Below are positions 8,960-19,092 of a DNA stretch of 42,898 bases, piece by piece. The position numbers and the translations under genes are program-made. Positions within the stretch are counted from its first letter, which is position 1, and the number at the start of each line of letters is the position of its first letter. Below the pieces are notes generated by a model, which had not been told where the DNA came from, searched no databases, and saw nothing but the letters and a program-made list of their open reading frames with translations. The stretch is from NCBI GenBank assembly GCA_018649885.1, contig JABIHA010000099.1, forward strand, positions 1-42,898. The letters are read 5' to 3'. This DNA is from Bacteriovoracaceae bacterium (lineage in GTDB: Bacteria > Bdellovibrionota > Bacteriovoracia > Bacteriovoracales > Bacteriovoracaceae).

Positions 8960-11900
8960 ATGAGAGATACAAATAAAAAAAACGGATACCGTTCTCTTTT
9001 AAATGAACTTAAACGGAAAAAGATCAACACTTGGTTTGACTTAACTTTATTCTTAGATCAAATCAAGGATAATCGCAAGAAAATCACCCCCTATCATAAC
9101 CTTGAGGACTTCTACAAAGGTATTGCTAAAGGAGTGGCCTTTATCACCTTTGACTATGGGATCGATGGCGTCACCATTGAAGTGGTCAAATATGCCAAAA
9201 CTTTAGAAAAAATTCTTTCCCCCTACAGATCAAAACAAAGGAAGAATGAAAACCTTATCCATCTTTTTGGAGGTTTTTTTTCGAAAGAAACTGAAATCCT
9301 TTTCTCCGAAGACTGGAAAACTCATCATCATGCCAATTTCCAAGCCTTTGATAGTTGGTGGGGCTACTACGACCTTTTCTTTAAAGACCTCTCCAGAGGA
9401 AGTGAGAGTTATAACAAGTTGGCCAAGGGGATCTGGGAACAAGTCATTGATATATGTATAGAGTTCGGTCACACCATTGTTCATGAGGATATTCGCCTTT
9501 TAATTCCTGTAAATGTAAATTCAAACCCTGGAAATCCACCCCTTGCCTATGCGCTTTGTCTTCTCAGTGAATATTTAAAAATCCCAGTACTTTGTAGCCA
9601 TCATGATTTTTTTTGGGAAGATGGTCATCCTCCCAACTCGAATAAAACCGGAGCTCGTGACCATTTTTTTAAAAACTACTTTGTGGGTGAGATATTTTCA
9701 GTAATCGAGCAGGTTTACCCATGGGATAGCCCCTTGTGGTTCCACACTGTCATCAATACTAAGCAAAAAGAAGAGCTAGTTCATAAAAATGGTTTTAATC
9801 CAATTGCCATAGAGGTCATACCAACCTCTATGGAATTGAAGAAACAAAGAGGCATCAATGAAAATGATAGAAGAGATATAATCAATCGATTGCAAATCAT
9901 TTTTCAGTGTGGAGAGGACAAAGGGTGTGTGCAATGTACAGATGATCGGGCCTGCACCCACTCTCTTGACTCATTTTGTGAAGATCCTCTAGAATTTGCA
10001 AAAAAAAGTAGACCTATTTTAATTGCCTATCAAATAAAAAAAACAATTTCGCTCGTTAAAAATAACATTATTCTCCTGCAACCAACACGAATCATTAGAC
10101 GGAAGCGAATAGAGATTGACTTTGAATTCATCCATAAACTTCTTCAAAATGAAGAGTTTAAGACCTATTTTTTGAAATTCATTGATCTTACCATCACTCT
10201 TCTAATCACAGGTCCCTACCAAATTAGTCAGTCTGAATATTTTATTGATCTAACAAAAAGATATAAAGACTTTATCGAAACTCTACCCACAGAGTTTCGA
10301 GACAGGATATTTTTGGGCTTGATCTTCGGACTCGAAAACAATCCCGATTTAAAAGAAAGGGGCCTTAAGGATCTCACCATCTATGACATCTACAATATTT
10401 CTTCAATTGTCCTTCTCCCTAGTGAAACTGAGGGGAGGGGACTTCCTATCATTGAAAGTTGTGCACTGGGCATCCCTATCATTAGTCATCGCTATACACC
10501 CGAGCACGTTTTCAAGGAAGTCATTGGAGAGGATCTAGAAAAAAGTAAACGTCTACAAATTCTCTCTTTTAAAGGGAAAACTATTCCCGATGACATTATC
10601 AAAAGTTCCGCTCAGCTCATCATGTACCCAGAGTGTAATCAAAAAGTTGCAGATGAAAATCACCTCGCAGTACACCATCGCTTTGGCCCTAAAAATTTAG
10701 AAATGGCCTTTGTTAAATCTTTAATTACTCTTTTTTGGAGAAGTCGTCCTAATAAACATCTTATCAATAAAGTAAAATCAAAAATCAAAGAGTACAAGGA
10801 AAGAACGTCCTACCAAGAAGGCTTTCAATTAATCACGGTCTGTGAGAATAGAAGGTATATGCCTGGAATCTCAATAATTGAGTACATGACCATGTTAAAA
10901 TCATTAATCGACCCCAGTTATTTTAGAACTGAGGAGAGAAAGTTAAAATCTAGGTTGATGAGGTTTGCATTAAAATTTTTGACCATTAGAAATGAAGGAA
11001 AACCATTAACAAGAGATGAGTACATTCGCTTTTTCAAACTCATCGAGTACCTCCTAGGCTACTATGATGGAAAAGACCCATTGATCATGGATCACTCACT
11101 TAGCTATCGACATCGCAATCAACGACATTACCCCTATCGAAAAATGACAGAACAGGAGCTCTGTGGTGTTATCGCCTCGCTTGGGAGAGATATTATAAAA
11201 GTAAATCGTCTCCCCGAGATCCCTCCAGTGAATTTTGCTCGTTTTGACAAAATTGAACAAGCAATATGCGATCTCCTCAATATTCCCAAGTTTAGGATCG
11301 CCATCGACGATACCGATTATTTGCTAAAAATACTAAAATCTAAACGTTCAATTGCCTATTTTCCCGGTGATAGATTGGCCCAAGAGATGGAGGTATTCGC
11401 TCTTTATTCTTATAAAATTAGGATGGGGCTCGATCCCCTTGCCCGACTAGATGATGATTCACTTGCTCATTTTGATCAAACTGAAGTCGGAACTTTTAAT
11501 ATCTTTGTGCGAGAGCAGCCTTTAACTTCAATCCATTACCATAGTGTTGTTAACTGGATCAACAAAAATGCCTTTAGCGAAATAAAAAAATTATACAAAA
11601 TTGGTTTTATCAGAATCATAAAAACAAAAGTCCTTTCCCTGGGACAGCACCTCGGACAATTGGGAAAGGTGGCCTTAAAAGAGCTACTCGCAATAAAAAA
11701 ACAAAATGGGGTGGTGATTAGCTTTGGAAGAAATCCCTTCATGCTAGATCTGATTGATATCGACTCCATTAGACTGGGGCGGGCACGGAATAACTACAAG
11801 GCCAATTTTATGGGCATTGGTAAAAACGATGCATTTATCCAGTGGGTGCCAGCCGGTTTTTCACCCAGTTTGGGCTTTCCCACTCCAATTCAAAGACCCA

Positions 11901-13174
11901 CAGATTTTTCACTTTTTTTTAAGTCAAAGGAATACCTTGAATCTGTGAAAAAATATGGTGAAGAAACCATCTTAAAAAATCTCAAAACCCAATGTAGTCG
12001 ATACAATATGCCAGTTGCTGAAGCACTCTCTTGCTTTTTAAAAGATCAGGATCATAAAGTAGAGGGAAATGCTATTATTAGTCACACCATAAGTGGTACG
12101 TACCCAGATCAATCCCCTTGGCTTGGCAATATCGTAAAGATCAGCAAGGAGCTGAAAAAAACATTCAAAATTAGGTATTTAAAACAAGATGCCAAGACTG
12201 TTGCCTCTATGGTTTCCGATTTTGAAGGTAAGAGCGGAAAGAAAGTAAAAGTTGCATGGAATGGTGGCTATATTCTTAACCCTGAACTCGTGGGAAAGCT
12301 TGGAATTGATGAAAATTTTATCGGCTCACCACTAGGACTCTTAATAAATGAGAGCCAAATTAAATCCCCCCCACTATTTAATAAAGTTGCCCTGCTCATC
12401 GATAAACAGGGTCACGCTCATATTGACCATGTCAATTTACAAGCAGGACTAACAATTATTTTTCCAGATGATTCGGTCCTCTTGCTCTCCTCCAAGCAAA
12501 GAAATAAAATATTAAAGAATGAGGCAAGCTTCTTTGATCTTTTCTCCAAAAAGGAGTATTCGATTAAAGGTTTTATCGCCTACCGTTTTGTCGGGAACAA
12601 AATCATTGAAAAAATTGAAGAGCAGGAAAACCTGTGTATTTTGCCGATAGGAATCACTCTCTGCGTTCCCCGAGGCTCTCAGTGGGACAACTACTCAGCA
12701 GGGGATGAAGTCACATTTTCAATTCCCAGCTTGGAAGAATACGTCGAATCTGTCGAGGCGGGTCCACTCCTCGTAAAAAATGGTAGACAGGCGATTAATA
12801 TGGAAAAAGAGGGTTGGACAACAGACTTTTCCATCGCCACTCAAGCAGCACGATTAGACTATATCAATATGAGAGGCCCCAAGTTAGGAGTTGGAATAAC
12901 GTCTTCTGGCGAAATCATTATTGTCGCCATTAATGGAAGAATTCGAGAAAGTGTCGGAGCGACTCACGACGAATTGGCCAATATTCTAATTGATGAGGGA
13001 TGCATGGAAGCGATGGGATTTGACCCTGGGGGTTCAGTTACGCTCTTGGTTGACGGAAAACAACTCAATATTTCCCCCTACAATCCCAATTACGAAGACA
13101 ATATCTATTCTTTAGACCCAACGCCGAGAAAAGTAGGCAGCGCTGTCTTTGTTCTTAAAGATGAGAAGGACTAA
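8960..13174 (+). CDS. Multidomain protein: GT4 glycosyltransferase, unknown central region, C-terminal phosphodiester glycosidase (NAGPA-like) domain
   Basis: N-terminal DGVTIE, HDFFWE, TRIIRRKRIE, EGRGLPIIES. C-terminal NGGY, AGPLLVKNG, PKLGVG, INGR..SVGAT..ELA, AMGFDPGGS. Confidence 0.85.
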   Translation: MRDTNKKNGYRSLLNELKRKKINTWFDLTLFLDQIKDNRKKITPYHNLEDFYKGIAKGVAFITFDYGIDGVTIEVVKYAKTLEKILSPYRSKQRKNENLIHLFGGFFSKETEILFSEDWKTHHHANFQAFDSWWGYYDLFFKDLSRGSESYNKLAKGIWEQVIDICIEFGHTIVHEDIRLLIPVNVNSNPGNPPLAYALCLLSEYLKIPVLCSHHDFFWEDGHPPNSNKTGARDHFFKNYFVGEIFSVIEQVYPWDSPLWFHTVINTKQKEELVHKNGFNPIAIEVIPTSMELKKQRGINENDRRDIINRLQIIFQCGEDKGCVQCTDDRACTHSLDSFCEDPLEFAKKSRPILIAYQIKKTISLVKNNIILLQPTRIIRRKRIEIDFEFIHKLLQNEEFKTYFLKFIDLTITLLITGPYQISQSEYFIDLTKRYKDFIETLPTEFRDRIFLGLIFGLENNPDLKERGLKDLTIYDIYNISSIVLLPSETEGRGLPIIESCALGIPIISHRYTPEHVFKEVIGEDLEKSKRLQILSFKGKTIPDDIIKSSAQLIMYPECNQKVADENHLAVHHRFGPKNLEMAFVKSLITLFWRSRPNKHLINKVKSKIKEYKERTSYQEGFQLITVCENRRYMPGISIIEYMTMLKSLIDPSYFRTEERKLKSRLMRFALKFLTIRNEGKPLTRDEYIRFFKLIEYLLGYYDGKDPLIMDHSLSYRHRNQRHYPYRKMTEQELCGVIASLGRDIIKVNRLPEIPPVNFARFDKIEQAICDLLNIPKFRIAIDDTDYLLKILKSKRSIAYFPGDRLAQEMEVFALYSYKIRMGLDPLARLDDDSLAHFDQTEVGTFNIFVREQPLTSIHYHSVVNWINKNAFSEIKKLYKIGFIRIIKTKVLSLGQHLGQLGKVALKELLAIKKQNGVVISFGRNPFMLDLIDIDSIRLGRARNNYKANFMGIGKNDAFIQWVPAGFSPSLGFPTPIQRPTDFSLFFKSKEYLESVKKYGEETILKNLKTQCSRYNMPVAEALSCFLKDQDHKVEGNAIISHTISGTYPDQSPWLGNIVKISKELKKTFKIRYLKQDAKTVASMVSDFEGKSGKKVKVAWNGGYILNPELVGKLGIDENFIGSPLGLLINESQIKSPPLFNKVALLIDKQGHAHIDHVNLQAGLTIIFPDDSVLLLSSKQRNKILKNEASFFDLFSKKEYSIKGFIAYRFVGNKIIEKIEEQENLCILPIGITLCVPRGSQWDNYSAGDEVTFSIPSLEEYVESVEAGPLLVKNGRQAINMEKEGWTTDFSIATQAARLDYINMRGPKLGVGITSSGEIIIVAINGRIRESVGATHDELANILIDEGCMEAMGFDPGGSVTLLVDGKQLNISPYNPNYEDNIYSLDPTPRKVGSAVFVLKDEKD

Positions 13175-13354
13175 ATATGGGGTACGCGGGTACATATAGA
13201 ATCGGCTACTCGCCTAAACAAAGTTTAGATTTTTTTTTGCCAAATTACAAAACGATACTGGGGCCCGCATGGAATGCTCAGCAATCCTTCTCTTTATTAA
13301 GTCATCGCCAAATTGATTAAGGTACGTGACCTAGTGAATCTAACACCATTCAAA

Positions 13355-13507
13355 GGGGCGTTAATTGAGCCTGAGCAATCGACCTATTGTTATTATTCCG
13401 CGTACTTGAGAATTTGAACCACAAAGTGCACCATTTAAGTTTTCAGGACGAACAGAAAGCGTTATTTCGTCATCAGAGAGCTTTTTTAATGAGACTACCA
13501 AGCTAGT
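13355..13507 (-). pseudogene. Internally deleted duplicate of part of the 18497-18961 gene and its downstream flank
   Basis: 13355-13400 matches 18459-18504 and 13401-13507 matches 18696-18802 (4 mismatches in 153 bp). The 191 bp between are missing. Confidence 0.9.
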
Positions 13508-13652
13508 GTTTTCTTTGCTTTGCTATAAATAATACGATGAGAATCTAATATTAATTTATCATAAATAAGAATTGAATATTTTGTAGAGTACATCATAACA
13601 ATGGGTACCTATGTTAAATTACATAGGCACAATTTTTTATATGAGGTATCCG

Positions 13653-14201
13653 ATGAAATTCTTTCTGTTTTCAATTTTTATTCTTATTGGTTTATCTTCT
13701 TTAAAAAATGCTTATAGCTTTACTCCTGCTGAATTAGTAACAGAATTTGAAAAATCTGTTAAAAATCGTGATCTGGAAACATATCGAGACCTCTTTGTTT
13801 ATGATTACTATTTAAGAGATGGCGAATTCCCCTCTGTACAAGAGGAGTTGTATATAATTGAAGACTATTTTGACTGGATTTTTGATGGTAGAGAACTCAG
13901 AGACTTCCATATCGAAGAGTATAAACCTGAAATACAAGGTTTTGGCAAATATGCTGTTTTTGAGGTTCCTGTAGTCTTCACTCATGTAATACCTGAGTCA
14001 GATGAAGCTTCTTTTTCTCAACCAAGTGATGAAAAATGGCAATACTTCTTTAGGTTTAGTTGTGAATTTTATAATCATGAAGATTTACTCAGTTCTACAG
14101 GATGTCTTCTTTTTCATAAAGACCTTGTTGATCACAAGGTTCCAGTGGGCGAAGGCATTGATGGCAATTGGGGCCTCACAATGATCCCTAAAGGACTATA
14201 G
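13653..14201 (+). CDS. Secreted hypothetical protein (possibly NTF2-like fold)
   Basis: GAGG RBS, signal peptide, F..SV.NRD.ETY.DLF helix pattern. Confidence 0.65.
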   Translation: MKFFLFSIFILIGLSSLKNAYSFTPAELVTEFEKSVKNRDLETYRDLFVYDYYLRDGEFPSVQEELYIIEDYFDWIFDGRELRDFHIEEYKPEIQGFGKYAVFEVPVVFTHVIPESDEASFSQPSDEKWQYFFRFSCEFYNHEDLLSSTGCLLFHKDLVDHKVPVGEGIDGNWGLTMIPKGL

Positions 14202-14229
14202 TAGAAGAAAGGTACCCCTTTTCCCCTTT

Positions 14230-16674
14230 TTAAAACCCAAGGATATTTTTTAAACGATTTATGAGACCAGGCTTCTCTAATATTTGTGCTTGAGTTACAG
14301 CTGCACTCTCAGCTACTTCTCCAGCTGCACTCTCAGCTACTTCTTCAGCTGCGCTCTCAGCTGCTTCTCCAGCTGCGCTCTCAGCTGCTTCTTCAGTTAC
14401 ACTCTCAGCAACAGGATCTGGGACTTCTCCATGTTTATAAATTTTATTATTAGGTAGACGTTCAAAACCAGCTAGATCTAAGAATTCATCAATATCTCTA
14501 CTTCTTCCCGATCTATCTTCAGCAACATACTCCATAAATGTCACGAACGATTTTTTATCTAGATTTTTTGAGATATGATCAGCTATCAGGGCAAGTGACG
14601 CCGTTCTTCCTGGAAGCTTAGAACTCAGAATAGCTCCAGAATATCTTACGGCCCTTCTCAATTCAGTATCACTGTACAAGTTTCTCAACATTAAAGATAA
14701 CTTACCCTGAACAGGGCCAGTTAAAAAGGTGCTAGCAGCAGAAACAGCTTCCTCTACTGCAGCGGCACTTTGAGAAGCAGATTCACTAGCTCTCATTCTT
14801 AAAACCCTAGAGGCCATCAAATCACTATCTTCAACGACTGCTCCTCCGACATGTTTAAAGCCAAGAAGTTCTAAAACGACCTTAATATCCTCAAGCCTTC
14901 CCTTCCTTTCCTGAATAGTAAATTCCATAAATGTCACGAATGATTTTTTATCTAAATTAAATGAAAGATGTTCAACTATCTGCTCAAGTGACGCCGTTGT
15001 CCCAGGAAGCTCAGAATTTAAAATAGCTCCAGAATATCTTATGGCCCTTCTCAATTCTGAATCACTAAAAAGACTTTTTATTAGTAAACGAAATTTATTA
15101 GTCTCTGATGGTGCGAGAAATCTTTCAAAAGCGATAGTTGAGCGAAGAGGAATACCTGAAAACTGGATAGTACCATCAAGTTGATTTCCTTGAACCCTTG
15201 AAAATAGCTCACTAAAGTTAGCATCTAGGCTTCTAGAATCAATAACGCCTCCGACTCCTGCTCCTATAGCTGACATCAGAATTTCTGCCTGCATTACTTC
15301 CCAACACTGATCCAGCCGATCTTGCAATTGTACGTAAGATCTTTGGTTTATTGAATCAACTCCTGCATCTACACTAGAGGCCAGTGCAGCAGATGTGAAT
15401 GCTGCGTCTTGAATTTGTTGACATTTTTTTGCGGTACCAATAATCGCGGGGGCATCAGCTAATAAAACAGGAATGGCCTGCTCAAAATAGAAGGCCATTC
15501 TCGCGGCTTGAACACCTCTATATCCCAGAATCCCACCTCGAATGGCGGAGCCTAATAAAGGACCACCTATTAGGCCAAGTGCCACGTCTCTAGAAATCTG
15601 TTCAATTGTTAAATATTTATCACACCAATTTGGAAGATGTGAGATGTGACAATTCGCCAGCTCTAACTGAGGGTTTTCTTCTATTACACTTGCCCCTTGG
15701 GTTAGCTCTAGCTCATGAAGAAGTGGAACCTTTTTTTTGCAATAACTCTCTTTTGCCTCAATTCCCAAGAAGTTTTTCTCAGAAGCTGCATAGGAGGCAA
15801 TCTCAGAAGGATTTGCTAAAAGATCTTGAAGCTGATCACGCTTATTTTTAAGAGCTTCTTTTTGTCTTTGAAATATAGTTAGTAAATTTTCTTTCAAATC
15901 GAATTCGTCTATATCTGATTTTTCAAAGAACGCTATTGTAGGAAAAGAAATTTTTAATGCTTCCATAAAGGCCGTGAGCTTATTTTTTTTAGTATCCCAA
16001 AGCACATACTCTTGCCTATCTTTACATTGTCCCTTCTCAAGAATTTCTTGCGGGTCTTTTCTATAACAAGCTCTTAAAAATGAACTTATTGCAAGTGTGA
16101 GTTTGTAACGTTCCTTAAAAAGCTCTCTGTATGTGAATAGCGATCTCATATTTTGACGAACAAGAACTCTGTCTTCTTCCGATTCTTCACTCTCTTCACT
16201 AAGCACCCTCAAAAAACCATTGGTAATTGGTAAGGATGATTTGATTTCTTCAAGTCTATTTTCAGCGGCCTTCTCAATCCATAGCAGTTTTTCAACTATG
16301 ACTTTGAGGCGATCCTTATTTCCATTTGCTATGAGAAAAATTTCACTTGGTATAGAAAATTGGGCCTCTGCCTGTTTTGATGCACATTCATAACTTGTAT
16401 AACTTTTAATATTTGAGCGGCGACAGCTCTTGGCCTGATCTCCTGCCATTTTTTGTTTTAATAGAGTAAAGATAGAGTGATAGCCAAGAGGACCTAGAGC
16501 TATGAGAGCTTGCCTATCCCAGATACTTCTAGCAATGTCATTTTCCCAAACCTCAGCAACTTTTGTGGATGTTTCAATTGAGCTATTGGCGCTCAAGTCA
16601 TCATGCATAAGACCAACCGCCATGCTAGGACTGCCACTGAAAATGCTAATTAAAATTCCCCACAAAATATTCAT
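14230..16674 (-). CDS. Large secreted or membrane-associated hypothetical protein with a duplicated ~70-aa helical domain and an acidic repeat tail
   Basis: Signal-like N-terminus from MNILWG, Gly-rich hydrophobic segments, two copies of L.SD.ELRRA.RYSGAIL.S.LPG.TASL...NLDKKSFVTFME. Confidence 0.8.
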   Translation of the reverse strand: MNILWGILISIFSGSPSMAVGLMHDDLSANSSIETSTKVAEVWENDIARSIWDRQALIALGPLGYHSIFTLLKQKMAGDQAKSCRRSNIKSYTSYECASKQAEAQFSIPSEIFLIANGNKDRLKVIVEKLLWIEKAAENRLEEIKSSLPITNGFLRVLSEESEESEEDRVLVRQNMRSLFTYRELFKERYKLTLAISSFLRACYRKDPQEILEKGQCKDRQEYVLWDTKKNKLTAFMEALKISFPTIAFFEKSDIDEFDLKENLLTIFQRQKEALKNKRDQLQDLLANPSEIASYAASEKNFLGIEAKESYCKKKVPLLHELELTQGASVIEENPQLELANCHISHLPNWCDKYLTIEQISRDVALGLIGGPLLGSAIRGGILGYRGVQAARMAFYFEQAIPVLLADAPAIIGTAKKCQQIQDAAFTSAALASSVDAGVDSINQRSYVQLQDRLDQCWEVMQAEILMSAIGAGVGGVIDSRSLDANFSELFSRVQGNQLDGTIQFSGIPLRSTIAFERFLAPSETNKFRLLIKSLFSDSELRRAIRYSGAILNSELPGTTASLEQIVEHLSFNLDKKSFVTFMEFTIQERKGRLEDIKVVLELLGFKHVGGAVVEDSDLMASRVLRMRASESASQSAAAVEEAVSAASTFLTGPVQGKLSLMLRNLYSDTELRRAVRYSGAILSSKLPGRTASLALIADHISKNLDKKSFVTFMEYVAEDRSGRSRDIDEFLDLAGFERLPNNKIYKHGEVPDPVAESVTEEAAESAAGEAAESAAEEVAESAAGEVAESAAVTQAQILEKPGLINRLKNILGF
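14299..14409 (-). repeat. Coding 24-bp tandem repeat (AA[GE]E[AV]AES), about 4.5 copies
   Basis: AGCTGCRCTCTCAGCTRCTTCTYC units on the + strand. Confidence 0.9.
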
Positions 16675-16899
16675 ATTCTCTCCCATCATTTTCAAATTAC
16701 TAGATCTATAACCATTGTAGAGATTTAGAAAAAAACTAGTCTTTAAAAAAATTAGAAGAATAACTATTTGAAAATACATTAAAATAAATAAATATTATTG
16801 AGAGATAGAACACTTTTAATTAGTACTAATGCGATCGCGATTATCCGACCAATAGACTCCGATAGTTGTTATTTAGCTTAATCTTACCGATAGGAAGTT

Positions 16900-18468
16900 G
16901 TGGAATTACGTTTAATCTCTCTATTAATCTTAGCTATTACCTGCAACTCACTATTTGCAGAAACCCTTATTTCTTGCAGAGGCCTTGGAGGAGCGCAACA
17001 CATTGATGGAAGTTGTTATTGTGAAACGACGAAACAAGAACTTGATCTTTCTTCCAATGAATTTTGTTTTGAAAAGGCCATCTCACTTGTTTTCAAGGAA
17101 AATAAAAAAGGCGAGAATGTGATGTGTCCATCATCTACCTTTATTCCAACAGCTGATAGTTACTTGGTAGAACACGAACAGTTTTGCAAAAACCCCATGC
17201 CGTATCTTTGTTCTAGTTTATTTAACCCCAAAATAAATAAAATTGATCAAGCAAGGGAAGAGTTTACTAGACTTGAAGATGCCGTATTAAAATCACCTAG
17301 CTATATTGAATATAATCAAAAACACTACAAAGTAGACTCTTGTAGGGATTTAGAAGATTTGCAAGGGCAACAATATATTAAGTGTGTCAAATATTATAAT
17401 GAATTACTTTCAGAAAAACTCTATACAGAAAAAAGAAAAGAGAAGGCTGAAATGCTTTTAGAGCATGCAAAAAGATTGATACTTTTTGAACTTTCTCAGA
17501 GAAAAATCCTAACTCAAAAACTTTCTATTGGGCAAGAGGATAAACAAAGGCGACTCGATGAGCTTGAGTATTTAGAAAAAGCTGTTTCCAGTATTAAACC
17601 CTATTTTGGAGTTATAGGATCGGACACTCAGGGAAATTCCATAGTATATGATTTGTATAGCAGCAATGCTCGTCATGAAAGTCAATATTTAGGAGGTGCT
17701 AAAAGAGGTTACCACAACTTAATTCCCCATGATGAAAATACTGTTTTCATTGCAGGGATGGTGACATTAGTAGATCATTCTCCGGACGAATTTTTGAGAT
17801 TTCTAATTCATGAAGTTGCACATACAATTGACCCCAATAGGTTGTTGGTCGATGGACAAACAACCTACTCATTTCAAGAAGAAATTGCTTGTTTAATGCG
17901 TGAGGATACAATTGGTGCCAAAGTAGCTGACCTCAATTGTCTTCACATTAGTCTTGAAAAATATCAAGGTGAGGAAAGGGAGAGTATAAAAAGAGTGATG
18001 GTACATGCTAGAAAAAATCCATTTGGACATTTTATAGAGGCCCTACCTGCTGGAGTAAAATGTTCACAAGGTCAGATTGGAGAGAGTTTTTCTGATTACC
18101 TAGGCGCTAAAGCTATAACTAGAAGCCTTGCTTTGGACAAGGAGTACGATACTAATTTTGGGATACGAGAAATAAAGGGGTTAAACTATATAGACATAAT
18201 GAGCCGTATTGATAAATACCCCCAACTAGGAAAACTTGGTCTCGCATTTTGTAATACAAATCCATCACAACAAGGACTTTCAAGAAATGACCACCATGGA
18301 GCAGCCTCCTTAGAAAGAGATCGCTTGAAACTTCTTTTTGCAGAACCTGAGATTCAGCAGATGAGTGGTTGCGACAACAGGTATGTGTTTGACGTAAAAT
18401 CACTAAATGATCCAATCGTTAAAGGCAAGGTAGGCCGATGCTCAGAAAAACTCATTGGGGGGCGTTAG
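16900..18468 (+). CDS. Secreted Cys-rich zinc metallopeptidase (gluzincin, M13-like)
   Basis: Signal peptide, IHEVAH, downstream GESFSDYLG (third-ligand ExxxD), late H...R motif. Confidence 0.7.
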   Translation: MELRLISLLILAITCNSLFAETLISCRGLGGAQHIDGSCYCETTKQELDLSSNEFCFEKAISLVFKENKKGENVMCPSSTFIPTADSYLVEHEQFCKNPMPYLCSSLFNPKINKIDQAREEFTRLEDAVLKSPSYIEYNQKHYKVDSCRDLEDLQGQQYIKCVKYYNELLSEKLYTEKRKEKAEMLLEHAKRLILFELSQRKILTQKLSIGQEDKQRRLDELEYLEKAVSSIKPYFGVIGSDTQGNSIVYDLYSSNARHESQYLGGAKRGYHNLIPHDENTVFIAGMVTLVDHSPDEFLRFLIHEVAHTIDPNRLLVDGQTTYSFQEEIACLMREDTIGAKVADLNCLHISLEKYQGEERESIKRVMVHARKNPFGHFIEALPAGVKCSQGQIGESFSDYLGAKAITRSLALDKEYDTNFGIREIKGLNYIDIMSRIDKYPQLGKLGLAFCNTNPSQQGLSRNDHHGAASLERDRLKLLFAEPEIQQMSGCDNRYVFDVKSLNDPIVKGKVGRCSEKLIGGR

Positions 18469-18496
18469 TTGAGCCTGAGCAATCGACCTATTTTTA

Positions 18497-18961
18497 TTAT
18501 TCCGTTGGGCATAAAACTTCATTAACATCTGCTTCAGGAAGGGGGATACACTCATATTTTTCAGAGGAGGCCGAGTAATATCGGTGATTTTCACCGTCAT
18601 AACATTTGGCCACATCCTGTTTGCAGGTTTGGTATGTTTTGCACTCACCAGTTGCATCCCTAGAGACGCATTCTTCCACCGTAACAGTTTCCACACGTAC
18701 TTGAGAATTTGAACCACAAAGTGCACCATTTAAGTTTTCAGGACGAACAGAAAGCGTTATTTCGTCATCAGAGAGCTTTTTTATTGAGACTACTAAGCTA
18801 GTACCTTTTGAATCTAAGCTGTCCAGAGCATTACAAAAAACCTCTATGTGCGGTTGATAATCATAAACAAGTTCCATTGTACTGATATCCACGACTTTGG
18901 CGTGAACAGCACCCATTAGTAATAATGAAGAAGTAAGTAGTTTAAAAGTTTTTCTCATCAT
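18497..18961 (-). CDS. Small secreted Cys-rich hypothetical protein
   Basis: GGAGG RBS, signal peptide ending AVHA, 8 Cys in the mature part. Confidence 0.75.
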   Translation of the reverse strand: MMRKTFKLLTSSLLLMGAVHAKVVDISTMELVYDYQPHIEVFCNALDSLDSKGTSLVVSIKKLSDDEITLSVRPENLNGALCGSNSQVRVETVTVEECVSRDATGECKTYQTCKQDVAKCYDGENHRYYSASSEKYECIPLPEADVNEVLCPTE

Positions 18962-19092
18962 GTCCTCCAACAATAAATTATCTCTGTATTTATTCATCTG
19001 ATATCTATAGTGACAGGTCTGGGCAGCACATTGTTATGAAATAAATTGTAAGCTTATAGTGATCTCTTAGATAAAATAAAAGTTATTTAGCA

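Noticed and set aside
16840..16895. CCGATA boxes as sigma-28 promoters
   Set aside because: No correctly spaced TAAA -35 element, and the last box is too close to the start codon.
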